DNA of 64,000 nt, taken from the NCBI GenBank assembly GCA_963842125.1, contig CAWJFE010000005.1, positions 1,921,356-1,985,355 of the forward strand, given 5' to 3'. This stretch comes from an uncultured Alphaproteobacteria bacterium. Lineage in GTDB: Bacteria; Pseudomonadota; Alphaproteobacteria; Rhizobiales; CAWCWK01. The notes below the pieces were generated by a model. That model did not search any database and was not told the origin of the DNA. It saw only the letters and a program-made list of their open reading frames with translations. The position numbers were made by a program, and so were the translations under genes. Within the stretch, counting starts at the first letter, position 1. The number at the start of each line of letters is the position of its first letter. Below are positions 28,178 through 38,237 of the stretch, piece by piece.

Positions 28178-29155
28178 TCACGGATCTGGCGCCGACGACG
28201 AGAGAAAGAGCGTGGCCTCGACCCCAAAATGGTTCGAGCCCAGCGCATTCGGCAGCACGCCGATCTCCGACACCCCGATCCGCCCCCGCGTCATCACCTG
28301 ATCGATCGCCACGCCCAGCGCCCCCACCCGCGCCGGCGCGGTCGGCCGATAGCCCGCCGGATGCGCGAATCCCGTCGCCCCGCGAAACCAGCCAAGAAGT
28401 CCCGACCAGGGTGCGGCGTTGAAGTCGCCAAGAACGAAGGCGTCCTCCGGCAGCGCCTCCTGTACGCGGATCGTCCGATAGACCTCGAAGCGCTGGTTTC
28501 CGTCGTGATGCGGTTTGGTGAGATGGATTGCGAGGAGACCCACCGTTCGGTCATCGACGGTGACCGTCGCTGTCGTCGACCGACTCGCGCGGGTCTCGAA
28601 CGGCGTCCAGCGGACATCATCGAGCGGATAGCGGGAAAGGACGACGAGATCGCAAGGCTGGTCGGCGGCGCATCCGGTCTGATAGGGCAGTTCGGCAGCC
28701 ATCTTCGCGTAGTGTGCTTCCAGCGCCGCCCCTTCCTGTATCGCGACCACGTCATAGCCGCCAGACCTGATCGCCCGCGCCATCGCGTCCGGGCGCGAAT
28801 TGTTGACGAGCGCGTTGAGCGTCAGGACGCGAAGGGTTTGGGCGTTGGCGGGCGCCGCCACGATCGGCAGCGCCGTCCAATACGCCGCACGCACCACCAG
28901 CAACCCGAAGATGATGGCCGCAAACAACGTCAGCGCACCGCGACGGCGGGCTCGAAGCGCAAGAAGCACGACCCCGCAGACGATCATCGCGGCCGATAGT
29001 TGTGGCCAGAGCGTGCGGAACGCATCGAGCGGCGGGAACGTGCGGTCCACGAAGGCGGACACGGCCAACAATACGAGGCCGCACGCGACCGCCGTCAGCG
29101 CCCCGCGTAGCTCCGCGACCCCATGCCGAGGGCGATGCCCCCGAACCCGGTCCAT
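28178..29155 (-). CDS. Membrane-anchored endonuclease/exonuclease/phosphatase (EEP) family protein
   Basis: 325-aa ORF with three N-terminal hydrophobic helices. These are followed by LRVLTLNAL, DVVAIQE, LLAIHLTKP, VLGDFNAAPWS and SNHFGVEA, which are the EEP catalytic blocks. Confidence 0.7.
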   Translation of the reverse strand: MDRVRGHRPRHGVAELRGALTAVACGLVLLAVSAFVDRTFPPLDAFRTLWPQLSAAMIVCGVVLLALRARRRGALTLFAAIIFGLLVVRAAYWTALPIVAAPANAQTLRVLTLNALVNNSRPDAMARAIRSGGYDVVAIQEGAALEAHYAKMAAELPYQTGCAADQPCDLVVLSRYPLDDVRWTPFETRASRSTTATVTVDDRTVGLLAIHLTKPHHDGNQRFEVYRTIRVQEALPEDAFVLGDFNAAPWSGLLGWFRGATGFAHPAGYRPTAPARVGALGVAIDQVMTRGRIGVSEIGVLPNALGSNHFGVEATLFLSSSAPDP

Positions 29156-29176
29156 AGGAAGAGGCCCGGCGCCGCG

Positions 29177-30580
29177 CTACATGTGGATCGCGCGGCCCTC
29201 GACGGCGAGCGCCGCTTCCTTCACCGCCTCGGTGACCGTCGGGTGGGCGTGGCAGGTGCGGGCGATATCTTCCGACGAAGCCCCGAACTCCATCGCGACG
29301 GCGGCTTCGGCAATGAGATTGCCGGCCTCCGGCCCGATGATGTGTACGCCGAGGACGCGGTCGTTGGACGCATCGGCGAGGATCTTCACGAACCCATCCG
29401 TCTGGTGGTTCACCTTCGCGCGGCCATTGGCGGTGAAGGGGAACTTGCCGACCTTGTAGTCCGTGCCGGCATCCTTCAGGTCCTCTTCGGTCCGCCCTAC
29501 CGAGGCGACCTCCGGGTAGGTGTAGACGACGCCCGGAATGACGTCGTAGTTCACGTGGCCGGGCTTGCCGGCGATGATCTCGGCCACCGCCATGCCCTCG
29601 TCCTCGGCCTTGTGGGCGAGCATGGGCCCGCGCACCACGTCGCCGATCGCGTAGATATTGGGCACGGACGTGCGGAAGTGGTCGTCGACGATCACCTGCC
29701 CGCGCTTCTCGACGCCGATGTCGACGCTCTCCAGCCCGAGGCCTTCCGTATAGGGCGTGCGGCCGATCGACATCAGCACGCAGTCCGCCTCGATCGTCTT
29801 CGCGTCGCCGCCGGCGGCCGGCTCCACGGTCACCGACACGCCGCTGTCGGTCGTCTCGACGCCGGTCACCTTGTGGCCGAGCTCGAAGGCGATGCCCTGC
29901 TTCTTGAGGAGCCGGAGAAACTGCTTGGAGACTTCGGCATCCATGCCGGGCGTGATGCGGTCGAGATATTCGACGACCGTCACCTTGGAGCCGAGCCGGC
30001 GCCAGACCGATCCCATCTCCAGTCCGATATAGCCGCCGCCGACGACGACCATGTGCTCCGGCACCGCCGTCAACTCGAGGGCGCCGGTGGATGAGAGCAC
30101 CTTGTCCTCGTCGATCGCGATACCGGGCAAGGTCGCGACGTCGGACCCGGTCGCGATGACGATGTTCTTCGTCTCGACCCGCGTCTCGCCATCCTCTCCC
30201 GTCACCACGACGGCGTTGTGCCCGTCGATGCGACCGGTGCCGAAGAAGACATCGACCTTGTTCTTCTTCAGCAGGAACTCGACGCCCTTCACATTGCCGT
30301 CGACGCCGGTCTGCTTGAAGGCCTGCAGCTTCTCGATGTCGATCTTAGGCGTGCCGACGTCGATGCCCATGTCCGTGAAGTGCCCATGCGCATCCTCATA
30401 CATCTCGGAGGCGTGCAGCAGCGCCTTGGACGGGATGCACCCGACATTGAGGCAGGTGCCGCCGTGCGTGGCGCGCTTCTCGACCACCGCCGTTCGAAGG
30501 CCTAACTGCGCCGCGCGGATGGCGCAGACATAGCCGCCGGGGCCGGTGCCGATGACGACGACATCGTATTGATCAGACAT
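29177..30580 (-). CDS. lpdA: Dihydrolipoyl dehydrogenase (E3)
   Basis: 467-aa ORF with [11 protein letters not shown] (FAD), the redox disulfide [13 protein letters not shown] and C-terminal HAHPT. Confidence 0.95.
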   Translation of the reverse strand: MSDQYDVVVIGTGPGGYVCAIRAAQLGLRTAVVEKRATHGGTCLNVGCIPSKALLHASEMYEDAHGHFTDMGIDVGTPKIDIEKLQAFKQTGVDGNVKGVEFLLKKNKVDVFFGTGRIDGHNAVVVTGEDGETRVETKNIVIATGSDVATLPGIAIDEDKVLSSTGALELTAVPEHMVVVGGGYIGLEMGSVWRRLGSKVTVVEYLDRITPGMDAEVSKQFLRLLKKQGIAFELGHKVTGVETTDSGVSVTVEPAAGGDAKTIEADCVLMSIGRTPYTEGLGLESVDIGVEKRGQVIVDDHFRTSVPNIYAIGDVVRGPMLAHKAEDEGMAVAEIIAGKPGHVNYDVIPGVVYTYPEVASVGRTEEDLKDAGTDYKVGKFPFTANGRAKVNHQTDGFVKILADASNDRVLGVHIIGPEAGNLIAEAAVAMEFGASSEDIARTCHAHPTVTEAVKEAALAVEGRAIHM

Positions 30581-30619
30581 GATGGTTCCAGTGTTGGTAC
30601 GCGACGCGAAGGCAGGCGA

Positions 30620-32212
30620 TCAGAGGTCGAGCACCATCCGGGCCGGATCTTCCAGGCTTTCCTTGACCCGGACCAGGAACGTCACCGCCTCCTTGCCGTC
30701 CACGACGCGGTGGTCGTAACTGAGCGCGAGATACATCATCGGCCGAGCCACGATGCTGCCGTCCGGCATCACGATCGGGCGCTGCTCGATCTTGTGCATG
30801 CCGAGAATGCCCGACTGCGGCGCATTCAGGATTGGCATGGACATCAGCGAGCCGTAGACGCCGCCATTGGAGATGGTGAACGTACCGCCCTGCATGTCGC
30901 TGATGGCGAGGTCGCCGTCGCGCGCCTTCCGGCCGAGGCGACCGATCTCCTTCTCGATCTCGGCCATGTTCATCGCATCCGCGTCGCGCACGACGGGAAC
31001 GACGAGGCCCTTATCGGTGCCGACGGCGACGGCGATGTTGTAGTAGTTCTTGTAGACGATGTCGGTGCCGTCGATCTCGGCGTTGACGGCCGGCACGTCC
31101 TTCAGCGCCTGGATGACGGCCTTGGTGAAGAAGCTCATGAAGCCGAGCTTCTGGCCGTGCTTCTTCTCGAAGAGTTCCTTGTACTTGGAGCGCGTCGCCA
31201 TGACCTCGGTCATGTCCACCTCGTTGAAGGTGGTGAGCATCGCGGCCGTGTTCTGCGCGTCCTTGAGGCGCCGGGCGATAGTCTGGCGCAGGCGGGACAT
31301 CTTGACCCGCTCCTCGCGTGCGCCCTCGTCCGGCGTCGAGGCGGACGGAGCCGGGCTGGCTGGCACGGCGGGGGCGGCCGTAGCGTCGGCGCTCGATTGC
31401 GCGCTCAGCATGTCGCCTTTCGTCACGCGGCCATCCTTGCCGGTACCCGACACGCTATTCGGATCGATGCCGGTCTCGGCCGCGATGCGGCGAACGGACG
31501 GGGCCTGCACATCGTCGCTGCGCTCCGGCTGGGGCGCGGCGGCGGCAGGCTCCGACGCCTTGACGGCGGCCGAAGACGCCGCGTGCGCGCCGACCTTGAT
31601 GCGCCCGAGAATGTCGCCCGGCGATACGGTCGCGCCCGCTTCGTGCAGGATTTCGGCCATCACGCCGGCGGCTGGGGCGGGCAGTTCCTGGCTAGCCTTG
31701 TCGGTTTCCAGAACGACGAGATCCTGGTCGAGCGTGACCTCGTCACCGACCTTGACCATCCACTCCGCGACATCGGCCTCGGAGACGGACTCGCCCGCGG
31801 AGGGCGCGATGATGTCGACCATGTCGGCGTCGTCACCATCGGTGTCCGCGATGGCCTCTACCGGCGCATCGCGCTCCGGGCTGGACGATGGTGCCGACGC
31901 GGCAGCCTGGACGACCGTGGCGCCCGCGCCCTCGTTCTGGCTGTCGCTCGGCGCAGGAGCGGCCCCAGCGCCGTCTCCCGATCCGAGGGACCCCAGCAAG
32001 GCGCCGACTTCGACCGTCTCACCGTCCTTGGCGACGATCTCGAGGAGCGTGCCGGCCTCGGGCGCGGGCACTTCGACGGAGACCTTGTCGGTCTCCAGCT
32101 CCACCAGCGCCTCGTCCGCCTCGACCCTGTCGCCCGGCTTCTTGAACCACTGCGCGACCGTCGCCTCGGTGACGGATTCGCCCAGGGTCGGCACTCGGAT
32201 CTCAGAAGCCAT
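30620..32212 (-). CDS. sucB: 2-Oxoglutarate dehydrogenase E2 (dihydrolipoyllysine succinyltransferase) with two lipoyl domains
   Basis: The start is ATG 32212 ([14 protein letters not shown]...), giving 530 aa. It has two lipoyl-Lys motifs ([13 protein letters not shown] and [13 protein letters not shown]), a PSBD ([14 protein letters not shown]) and the catalytic DHRVVDG. Confidence 0.9.
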   Translation of the reverse strand: MASEIRVPTLGESVTEATVAQWFKKPGDRVEADEALVELETDKVSVEVPAPEAGTLLEIVAKDGETVEVGALLGSLGSGDGAGAAPAPSDSQNEGAGATVVQAAASAPSSSPERDAPVEAIADTDGDDADMVDIIAPSAGESVSEADVAEWMVKVGDEVTLDQDLVVLETDKASQELPAPAAGVMAEILHEAGATVSPGDILGRIKVGAHAASSAAVKASEPAAAAPQPERSDDVQAPSVRRIAAETGIDPNSVSGTGKDGRVTKGDMLSAQSSADATAAPAVPASPAPSASTPDEGAREERVKMSRLRQTIARRLKDAQNTAAMLTTFNEVDMTEVMATRSKYKELFEKKHGQKLGFMSFFTKAVIQALKDVPAVNAEIDGTDIVYKNYYNIAVAVGTDKGLVVPVVRDADAMNMAEIEKEIGRLGRKARDGDLAISDMQGGTFTISNGGVYGSLMSMPILNAPQSGILGMHKIEQRPIVMPDGSIVARPMMYLALSYDHRVVDGKEAVTFLVRVKESLEDPARMVLDL

Positions 32213-32314
32213 GTCTCTCGCTCTCAACGGTTCGCGGGGCGACAGCAGCCTCCGCAGGAAATATGCGGCACGCCGCAGCGCGCCAATAATCAACGGATCG
32301 ACCCGGCGGCCCGC

Positions 32315-35300
32315 CTACTCCGCCGCAACGCGGAATTCGACTTCACCCTCGGAAAAGGCATCGTCGAGGAAGGCACGAAGCTGGGCGAGATGCTTGGACA
32401 TGAGCCCCGTCGCGGGCGCGGCGGCGGCGGCACGGCCGACATAGCGCGGTCGGCGAATGCGCGCCTCGGCCTGCGCGAGCGCCCACTCGATACGGCTCTC
32501 GACGAAGCTGTAGGCGCCCATGTTGCGGTGCTCTTCCTGGCACCAGACCATGTCGGCCTGCGTGAAGCGCGCCAGTTCCTGCGCCAGTGCCCGGTGCGGG
32601 AACGGATAGAGCTGCTCGACCCGAAGAATGTAGATATCGGACGCACCCAGACGCTCACGTTCCTCGACGAGGTCGTAGTAGACCTTGCCGGTGCACATGA
32701 TGACGCGGCGGATCTGATCATCCGGCTTCAACTCGAAATCGAGCTCGCCCGATTGCGCGCCGTCCCAGAGGAGGCGGTGGAAGTAGGTGCCTTCGGCGAA
32801 CTCCTCCAGCTTTGAGGTCGCGAGCTTGTTCCGAAGCATCGATTTGGGCGTCATCAGCACCAAGGGCTTGCGGAACGACCGGTTGAGCTGGCGGCGCAGG
32901 ATGTGGAAGTAATTGGCCGGCGTCGTCGGGTAGGCGACCTGCATGTTGTCTTCTGCGCAAAGCTGAAGATAGCGCTCCGGCCGCGCCGACGAATGCTCGG
33001 GGCCCTGCCCCTCATAGCCGTGCGGCAGTAGCAGCACGAGGCCGGACATGCGCAGCCATTTGCGCTCGCCGGGCGCGAGGAACTGGTCGATGACGACCTG
33101 CGCGCCGTTGGCGAAATCGCCGAACTGGGCCTCCCAGAGGGTCAGCGCTTTGGGTTCGGCGAGCGAATAGCCGTATTCGAAGCCGAGCACGGCCTCTTCG
33201 GAGAGCATCGAGTTGATGACCTCATAGGTCGCGTTCTCGGCCTTGCCGCCCGGCGGCATGTGGTTGAGCGGGGTCCAGCGCTTCTCGGTGTCCTGATCGA
33301 TGACGACTGAATGGCGCTGCGAGAACGTGCCGCGCTCGACGTCCTGACCCGAGAGCCGGACGGGGAATCCCTCATCGAGAAGCGAGGCGAAGGCGAGTTG
33401 CTCGCCCGTCGCCCAATCGAGCCCCTCACCGGCCTCGACGGTCTTCAATCGGCTGTCGAGGACGCGCTTGACGGTGCGGTGGGGTGTAAAACCCTTCGGC
33501 AGCTTCGTCATCTTGCGCTGGAGTTCGCGCAGCCGATCGATCGGCACGCCCGTCTCGCCGCGGCGCGGGTTCATCTCGTCATCGGCCTGCTCGAGGTCCG
33601 CCCAGCGCCCGTCCAGCCAGTCCGCCTTGTTGGGCGCGTAGGACTGCGCGGCGTCGAACTCCTCGTCGAAATGCGCACGCATGGCGGCGCGCATCTCTTC
33701 GAGCTCGCCGGATTTGAGCACGCCCTCGTCTTCCAGGCGCTTGGCGTAAATCTCGGTCACGAGCGGATGCTTGCGGATGACCTTGTACATCAGCGGCTGG
33801 GTGAAGCTCGGCTCGTCGCCTTCGTTATGGCCGTAGCGGCGATAGCAGAACATGTCGACGACGACGGGCTTGCCGAACTTCTGGCGGAACTCGGTCGCGA
33901 TCTTGGCGCAGTAGACCACGGCTTCGGGGTCGTCGCCGTTGCAATGGAGGATGGGCGCCTCAACCATCTTGGCGATGTCGCTTGGATAGGGCGAGGAGCG
34001 CGAGTTCCGGGGATCGGTCGTGAAGCCGATCTGATTGTTGATGATGAAGTGCAGCGAGCCGCCCGTGCGATGGCCCTTGAGGCCCGACAGGCCGAGGCAT
34101 TCCGCCACGACGCCTTGACCCGCGAAGGCCGCATCGCCGTGGAGCAGCAGCGGCATGACCGAGCGGCGACCCGGGCGGTCGCCATACTGGTCCTGCTTGG
34201 CGCGTGCCTTGCCGAGGACGACCGGATCGACGATCTCGAGATGCGAGGGGTTGGCCGTCAGCGACAGGTGGACGTTGTTGCCGTCGAAGGCGCGGTCGGA
34301 CGAGGCACCGAGGTGGTACTTCACGTCGCCCGAACCCTGCACGTCGTCCGGCTTGAAGGACGCGCCCTTGAACTCGGCGAATATGGCGCGGGGCGGCTTG
34401 CCCATCACCTGGCTTAGAACGTTGAGGCGACCGCGATGGGCCATGCCGAGCACGATGTCGCGCACGCCCAGCGCGCCGCCGCGCTTGATGATCTGCTCCA
34501 GCGCCGGCAACAGGCTCTCGCCGCCATCGAGCCCGAAGCGCTTGGTGCCGGTATACTTCACGTCGAGGAACTTCTCGAAGCCCTCGGCTTCGATCAGCTT
34601 GTTGAGGATCGCCTTCTTGCCCTCGTGCGTGAAGGCGACCTCCTTGTCCGGCCCCTCGATGCGCTGTTGCAGCCAGCCCTTCTCGCCCGGGTCCGAGATG
34701 TGGGTGAACTCGACGCCGATGGTCGAGCAATAGGTCCGCTGCAGGATCGCCACCATCTCCGCGACGGTCGCGAGCTCCAGCCCGAGATAGTTGTCGATGA
34801 AGATCTTGCGATCGTAGTCGGCTGGCTCGAAGCCATAGGTCTTCGGGTCGAGCTCCGGCTGCGTCGGGCGCTCGTGGATCTTGAGCGGATCGAGATCGGC
34901 CGCCAGATGACCGCGCACACGGTAGGCGCGGATCATCTGAATGGCACGGATCGAATCGGTCGTCGCGCGCCGAAGTGCGGCTTCGTCGAGCGTGACGCCG
35001 GCCGCCGTGGCCTGCGCCGCGACCTTGGTCTCCACGCGCCTGGCCGCGTCCTTCGGCGACTTCGCGTCCGGTTCGTCCCACTCGCCTGTAAGAGCGGCAA
35101 CCATTTCGCCGGCGGGCGTCAGCGGCCAGTCGCTGCGAGCCCAGGACGGGCCGCGCTCGGCCGGCTCGTTCAAGCTGGCGAAGTATTCGCGCCACTCGTC
35201 CGAGACGTTTCCGGGATCGGCATCGTAGGCGCTGCGGAGCGTCTCGATATAGGTGGCGTTCCCGCCGTAGAGGAACGAGGTGCGCGAGAACTCCTCGTTC

Positions 35301-35338
35301 TGACTGCCTTGGCCTGCGCCGCCGTCTTGCCGATCCAT
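32315..35338 (-). CDS. sucA: 2-Oxoglutarate dehydrogenase E1
   Basis: 1007-aa ORF. The N-terminus FLYGGNATYIETL and the blocks HRGRLNVL and GDVKYHLG are typical of SucA. Confidence 0.95.
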   Translation of the reverse strand: MDRQDGGAGQGSQNEEFSRTSFLYGGNATYIETLRSAYDADPGNVSDEWREYFASLNEPAERGPSWARSDWPLTPAGEMVAALTGEWDEPDAKSPKDAARRVETKVAAQATAAGVTLDEAALRRATTDSIRAIQMIRAYRVRGHLAADLDPLKIHERPTQPELDPKTYGFEPADYDRKIFIDNYLGLELATVAEMVAILQRTYCSTIGVEFTHISDPGEKGWLQQRIEGPDKEVAFTHEGKKAILNKLIEAEGFEKFLDVKYTGTKRFGLDGGESLLPALEQIIKRGGALGVRDIVLGMAHRGRLNVLSQVMGKPPRAIFAEFKGASFKPDDVQGSGDVKYHLGASSDRAFDGNNVHLSLTANPSHLEIVDPVVLGKARAKQDQYGDRPGRRSVMPLLLHGDAAFAGQGVVAECLGLSGLKGHRTGGSLHFIINNQIGFTTDPRNSRSSPYPSDIAKMVEAPILHCNGDDPEAVVYCAKIATEFRQKFGKPVVVDMFCYRRYGHNEGDEPSFTQPLMYKVIRKHPLVTEIYAKRLEDEGVLKSGELEEMRAAMRAHFDEEFDAAQSYAPNKADWLDGRWADLEQADDEMNPRRGETGVPIDRLRELQRKMTKLPKGFTPHRTVKRVLDSRLKTVEAGEGLDWATGEQLAFASLLDEGFPVRLSGQDVERGTFSQRHSVVIDQDTEKRWTPLNHMPPGGKAENATYEVINSMLSEEAVLGFEYGYSLAEPKALTLWEAQFGDFANGAQVVIDQFLAPGERKWLRMSGLVLLLPHGYEGQGPEHSSARPERYLQLCAEDNMQVAYPTTPANYFHILRRQLNRSFRKPLVLMTPKSMLRNKLATSKLEEFAEGTYFHRLLWDGAQSGELDFELKPDDQIRRVIMCTGKVYYDLVEERERLGASDIYILRVEQLYPFPHRALAQELARFTQADMVWCQEEHRNMGAYSFVESRIEWALAQAEARIRRPRYVGRAAAAAPATGLMSKHLAQLRAFLDDAFSEGEVEFRVAAE

Positions 35339-35453
35339 GGACTCATCCGGGCCGGTTCGGACCCGCTCCGTTCTTACGCCACCTATGGCGTCAACATAGT
35401 ACGCTCAGCCCTGAGCGAAAGCCTTATTCGGATCGCGCTTGGCGCGGCGCGCG

Positions 35454-36356
35454 TCAGCCCTTCAGGAGCTCGACGAGCGTCTTGCCCAGTTGTGCCGGCG
35501 AGGGTGAGACGCGGATGCCGGCAGCTTCCATGGCCGCGATCTTGTCGTCCGCGCCGCCCTTGCCGCCCGAGATGACCGCGCCCGCGTGGCCCATCGTGCG
35601 CCCCGGAGGCGCCGTGCGGCCGGCGATGAAGCCGACGGTCGGCTTGGCGCGGCCCTTCCTGGCCTCGTCGGCCAGGAACTGCGCGGCCTCTTCCTCGGCC
35701 GAGCCGCCGATCTCGCCGATCATGACGATCGACTTGGTCTCGTCGTCGGCCAGGAACATCTCCAGCATGTCGATGAATTCGGTCCCCTTGACCGGGTCAC
35801 CGCCAATGCCGACGGCCGTCGTCTGGCCAAGCCCTTCGTTGGTCGTCTGGAAGACGGCCTCGTAGGTGAGCGTGCCGGACCGCGAGACGATGCCGACCGA
35901 GCCGTCCGAGAAGATCGAGCCCGGCATGATGCCGATCTTGCACTCGTTCGGCGTCATCACGCCCGGGCAGTTCGGGCCGATGAGACGGGAGGAGGACGCG
36001 TCGAGGCGCGCCTTCACCTTCACCATGTCGAGCACCGGGATACCCTCGGTGATGCAGATGATGAGCGGCACCTCGGCATCGATCGCCTCGATGATCGCCG
36101 CGCCCGCGCCGCTCGGGGGCACGTAGATGACGGAAGCGTTCGCGCCCGTCGCTTCGCGGGCTTCGCCGGTGGTGGCATAGATGGGAAGCTTCTGACCGCC
36201 CTCGCCTTCCCACTCGGAGCCGCCCTTCTTCGGGTGAACGCCCGCAACCATCTGGGTGCCGTGATAGGCCAGCGCCTGGTTGGTGTGGAACGTGCCGGTC
36301 TTACCGGTCAGGCCCTGAACGATGACCTTGGTGTTCTTGTCGACGAGGATGGACAT
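35454..36356 (-). CDS. sucD: Succinyl-CoA synthetase alpha subunit
   Basis: The start is ATG 36356 ([24 protein letters not shown]...), with AGGAAG upstream, giving 300 aa. The active-site His block is [12 protein letters not shown]. Confidence 0.95.
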   Translation of the reverse strand: MSILVDKNTKVIVQGLTGKTGTFHTNQALAYHGTQMVAGVHPKKGGSEWEGEGGQKLPIYATTGEAREATGANASVIYVPPSGAGAAIIEAIDAEVPLIICITEGIPVLDMVKVKARLDASSSRLIGPNCPGVMTPNECKIGIMPGSIFSDGSVGIVSRSGTLTYEAVFQTTNEGLGQTTAVGIGGDPVKGTEFIDMLEMFLADDETKSIVMIGEIGGSAEEEAAQFLADEARKGRAKPTVGFIAGRTAPPGRTMGHAGAVISGGKGGADDKIAAMEAAGIRVSPSPAQLGKTLVELLKG

Positions 36357-36384
36357 GAGCTTCCTAATCCGGTGTGCATTTAGC

Positions 36385-36817
36385 TTAGACGGCGTTCGGC
36401 ACAACAACCGCGAGATACTCTCCGGTCCCGTTATCGAACTTCTCTAGTTTCCACCGCCCGGGGCGAACGGTGCGGTTTGGAGCGTTGTCTCGACCATCGA
36501 CCCACCAGGGAGCGCAGTCGGCATTCCTGGCACCTTCAGCAGGATCGCCGTCCATTAGAACTACGTCGATGAACCTATTGTCTGGCGCCTGCTGCCAGCA
36601 CACAACCTAGGTGCATACGACGCTTGGCGTTCCCGGCCCGGGAATCGACCAAAGGGCTCGTAGGATCGAGAACGTTGCTTCCGTAGCGAAGAGGATCCCC
36701 CAACATCTCGGCAGACCACATCGCCAGACAGACGCCAGTTTCGCTCTTGGCTGTCCAGTCTGTGCGGTCGTTGTCCATGGCATAGCCGAGGAGGGCAAAC
36801 GCCTCTCTGCGGTTCAC
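36385..36817 (-). pseudogene. Orphan lower-GC ORF inserted between sucC and sucD, split by one frameshift (about 144 aa if repaired)
   Basis: Track ORFs 36575..36817 (80 aa) and 36385..36603 (72 aa) overlap by 29 nt in different frames. GTG 36817 lies 4 nt after the sucC stop. I recognise no family by eye. Hand counts give 52-63% G+C per 60-nt line, against 68% in the adjacent sucC line. Confidence 0.45.
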
Positions 36818-36821
36818 CGCC

Positions 36822-38015
36822 CTAACCCTTCACCGCCTTGACGATCTTCTGCGCGGCGTCGTCCAGATCGTCGGCCGAGATCACGTCGAGGTCCGAGCCG
36901 TCGATGATGGCCTTGCCCTCGGCGACCTTGGTGCCCTCGAGGCGCACGACGAGGGGCACGGTCAGCCCGACCTCCTGCACCGCGGCCAGCACGCCCTCCG
37001 CGATCACGTCGCAGCGCATGATGCCGCCGAAGATGTTGACGAGGATGCCCTTCACGTTCGGGTCGGCGGTGATGATCTTGAAGGCGGCCGTCACCTTCTC
37101 CTTCGAAGCGCCGCCGCCGACGTCGAGGAAGTTGGCGGGCTCGGCGCCGTAGAGCTTGATGATGTCCATCGTCGCCATGGCGAGGCCGGCGCCGTTGACC
37201 ATGCAGCCGATATCGCCGTCGAGGGCGACGTAGGCGAGGTCGTACTTGGACGCCTCGATCTCCTTCTCGTCCTCCTCGGTGAGGTCGCGCAGGGACATGA
37301 TGTCGTCATGGCGCTCGAGCGCGTTGCCGTCGAAGGAGACCTTGGCGTCGAGGACGCGGATATGGCCGCTCGGCATTACGATGAGCGGGTTGATCTCGAG
37401 GAGCGCCATGTCCTTCGACGTGAACGCCTCGTAGAGCTGGCGAGCGAGCGTGGCCATCTCGCCGCGCGCCGGCTCTTCGAGCTCGATGGCATCGGCGATC
37501 CGCGCCGTCACGGCATCGGTCACACCCTCCATGGGATCGACCGCGACGGTGACGATCTTGTCGGGCGTCTCCTCGGCGACGGCCTCGATGTCCATGCCGC
37601 CCTCGGTCGAGACGACGAAGGCGATCTGGCCGACGGTGCGGTCGACGAGCATGGAGAGGTAGAGCTCGCGCGCGATGTCGGCGCCGTCCTCGATGTAGAT
37701 CGTGTTGACCTGCTTGCCCTCGGGCCCGGTCTGCTTTGTCACGAGCGTCGCGCCGAGCATCTGCTCGACGTTCTCCGCGACCTCGTCGGGCGACTTGGCG
37801 AGGCGCACGCCGCCCTTGCTACCGGCGGAGCTTTCCTTGAACGTGCCCTTGCCGCGGCCGCCCGCGTGGATCTGGCTCTTGACCACCCAGAGGGGCCCGC
37901 CGAGTTTCTCGGCCGCCGCCTTCGCATCACTGGCGGACTTGACCGCGATGCCGGCGGCGACGGGGGCTCCGAAGGACTTCAGAAGTTCCTTGGCCTGATA
38001 CTCGTGGATGTTCAT
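36822..38015 (-). CDS. sucC: Succinyl-CoA synthetase beta subunit
   Basis: 397-aa ORF beginning [16 protein letters not shown] with an ATP-grasp fold. GGRGKGTFK and the [10 protein letters not shown] block are present. Confidence 0.95.
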   Translation of the reverse strand: MNIHEYQAKELLKSFGAPVAAGIAVKSASDAKAAAEKLGGPLWVVKSQIHAGGRGKGTFKESSAGSKGGVRLAKSPDEVAENVEQMLGATLVTKQTGPEGKQVNTIYIEDGADIARELYLSMLVDRTVGQIAFVVSTEGGMDIEAVAEETPDKIVTVAVDPMEGVTDAVTARIADAIELEEPARGEMATLARQLYEAFTSKDMALLEINPLIVMPSGHIRVLDAKVSFDGNALERHDDIMSLRDLTEEDEKEIEASKYDLAYVALDGDIGCMVNGAGLAMATMDIIKLYGAEPANFLDVGGGASKEKVTAAFKIITADPNVKGILVNIFGGIMRCDVIAEGVLAAVQEVGLTVPLVVRLEGTKVAEGKAIIDGSDLDVISADDLDDAAQKIVKAVKG

Positions 38016-38168
38016 GACTGCCCTTCGGGTCGGGGATTCCGCAATGGACCCCGTCGATCGACCGACGGTCCCGGCGCCTCTACGCGGAGCCGACGACTCT
38101 GACGCGTGGAGATGGAGGGGCCTGGACGGGCCAGGCGGGGCGCGCGGGTTATAACAGGGGCACGGTGT

Positions 38169-38197
38169 GGTTCAACCGCCACAGGGGCGGTTGAACC
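38169..38197 (-). terminator. Perfect 12-bp hairpin downstream of the nucleotidase gene
   Basis: GGTTCAACCGCC, loop acagg, GGCGGTTGAACC. On the minus strand it lies 41 nt after the nucleotidase stop (38238) and upstream of sucC. There is no U-tract. Confidence 0.45.
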
Positions 38198-38237
38198 GAA
38201 TAAATCGGCGCGAACCTCATGCGCGCACCGCTCGTCG

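Noticed and set aside
30569-32815. 748-aa plus-strand ORF, and similar very long ORFs: 44254..46482 (+), 14977..16662 (-), 40177..41571 (-), 41714..43228 (-), 48375..49925 (-), 55868..57514 (+), 49946..51166 (-), 33311..34417 (+).
   Set aside because: Each lies antisense to a gene with an unambiguous family assignment (sucB/sucA, ALDH, iolD, hemH, ggt, MCP, fixI, SBP, sucA). Their products are Arg/Gly/Asp/His-rich low-complexity sequences. These are typical shadow ORFs of high-GC DNA, where stop codons are rare off-frame.
36385-36817. Reading the two small overlapping ORFs in the sucCD insert as a toxin-antitoxin pair.
   Set aside because: The 29-nt out-of-frame overlap is atypical for such pairs. 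Neither product shows an RHH, HTH or known toxin motif. A single 2-nt change in a TG repeat fuses them into one continuous ORF. The idea is kept only as an alternative in the findings.
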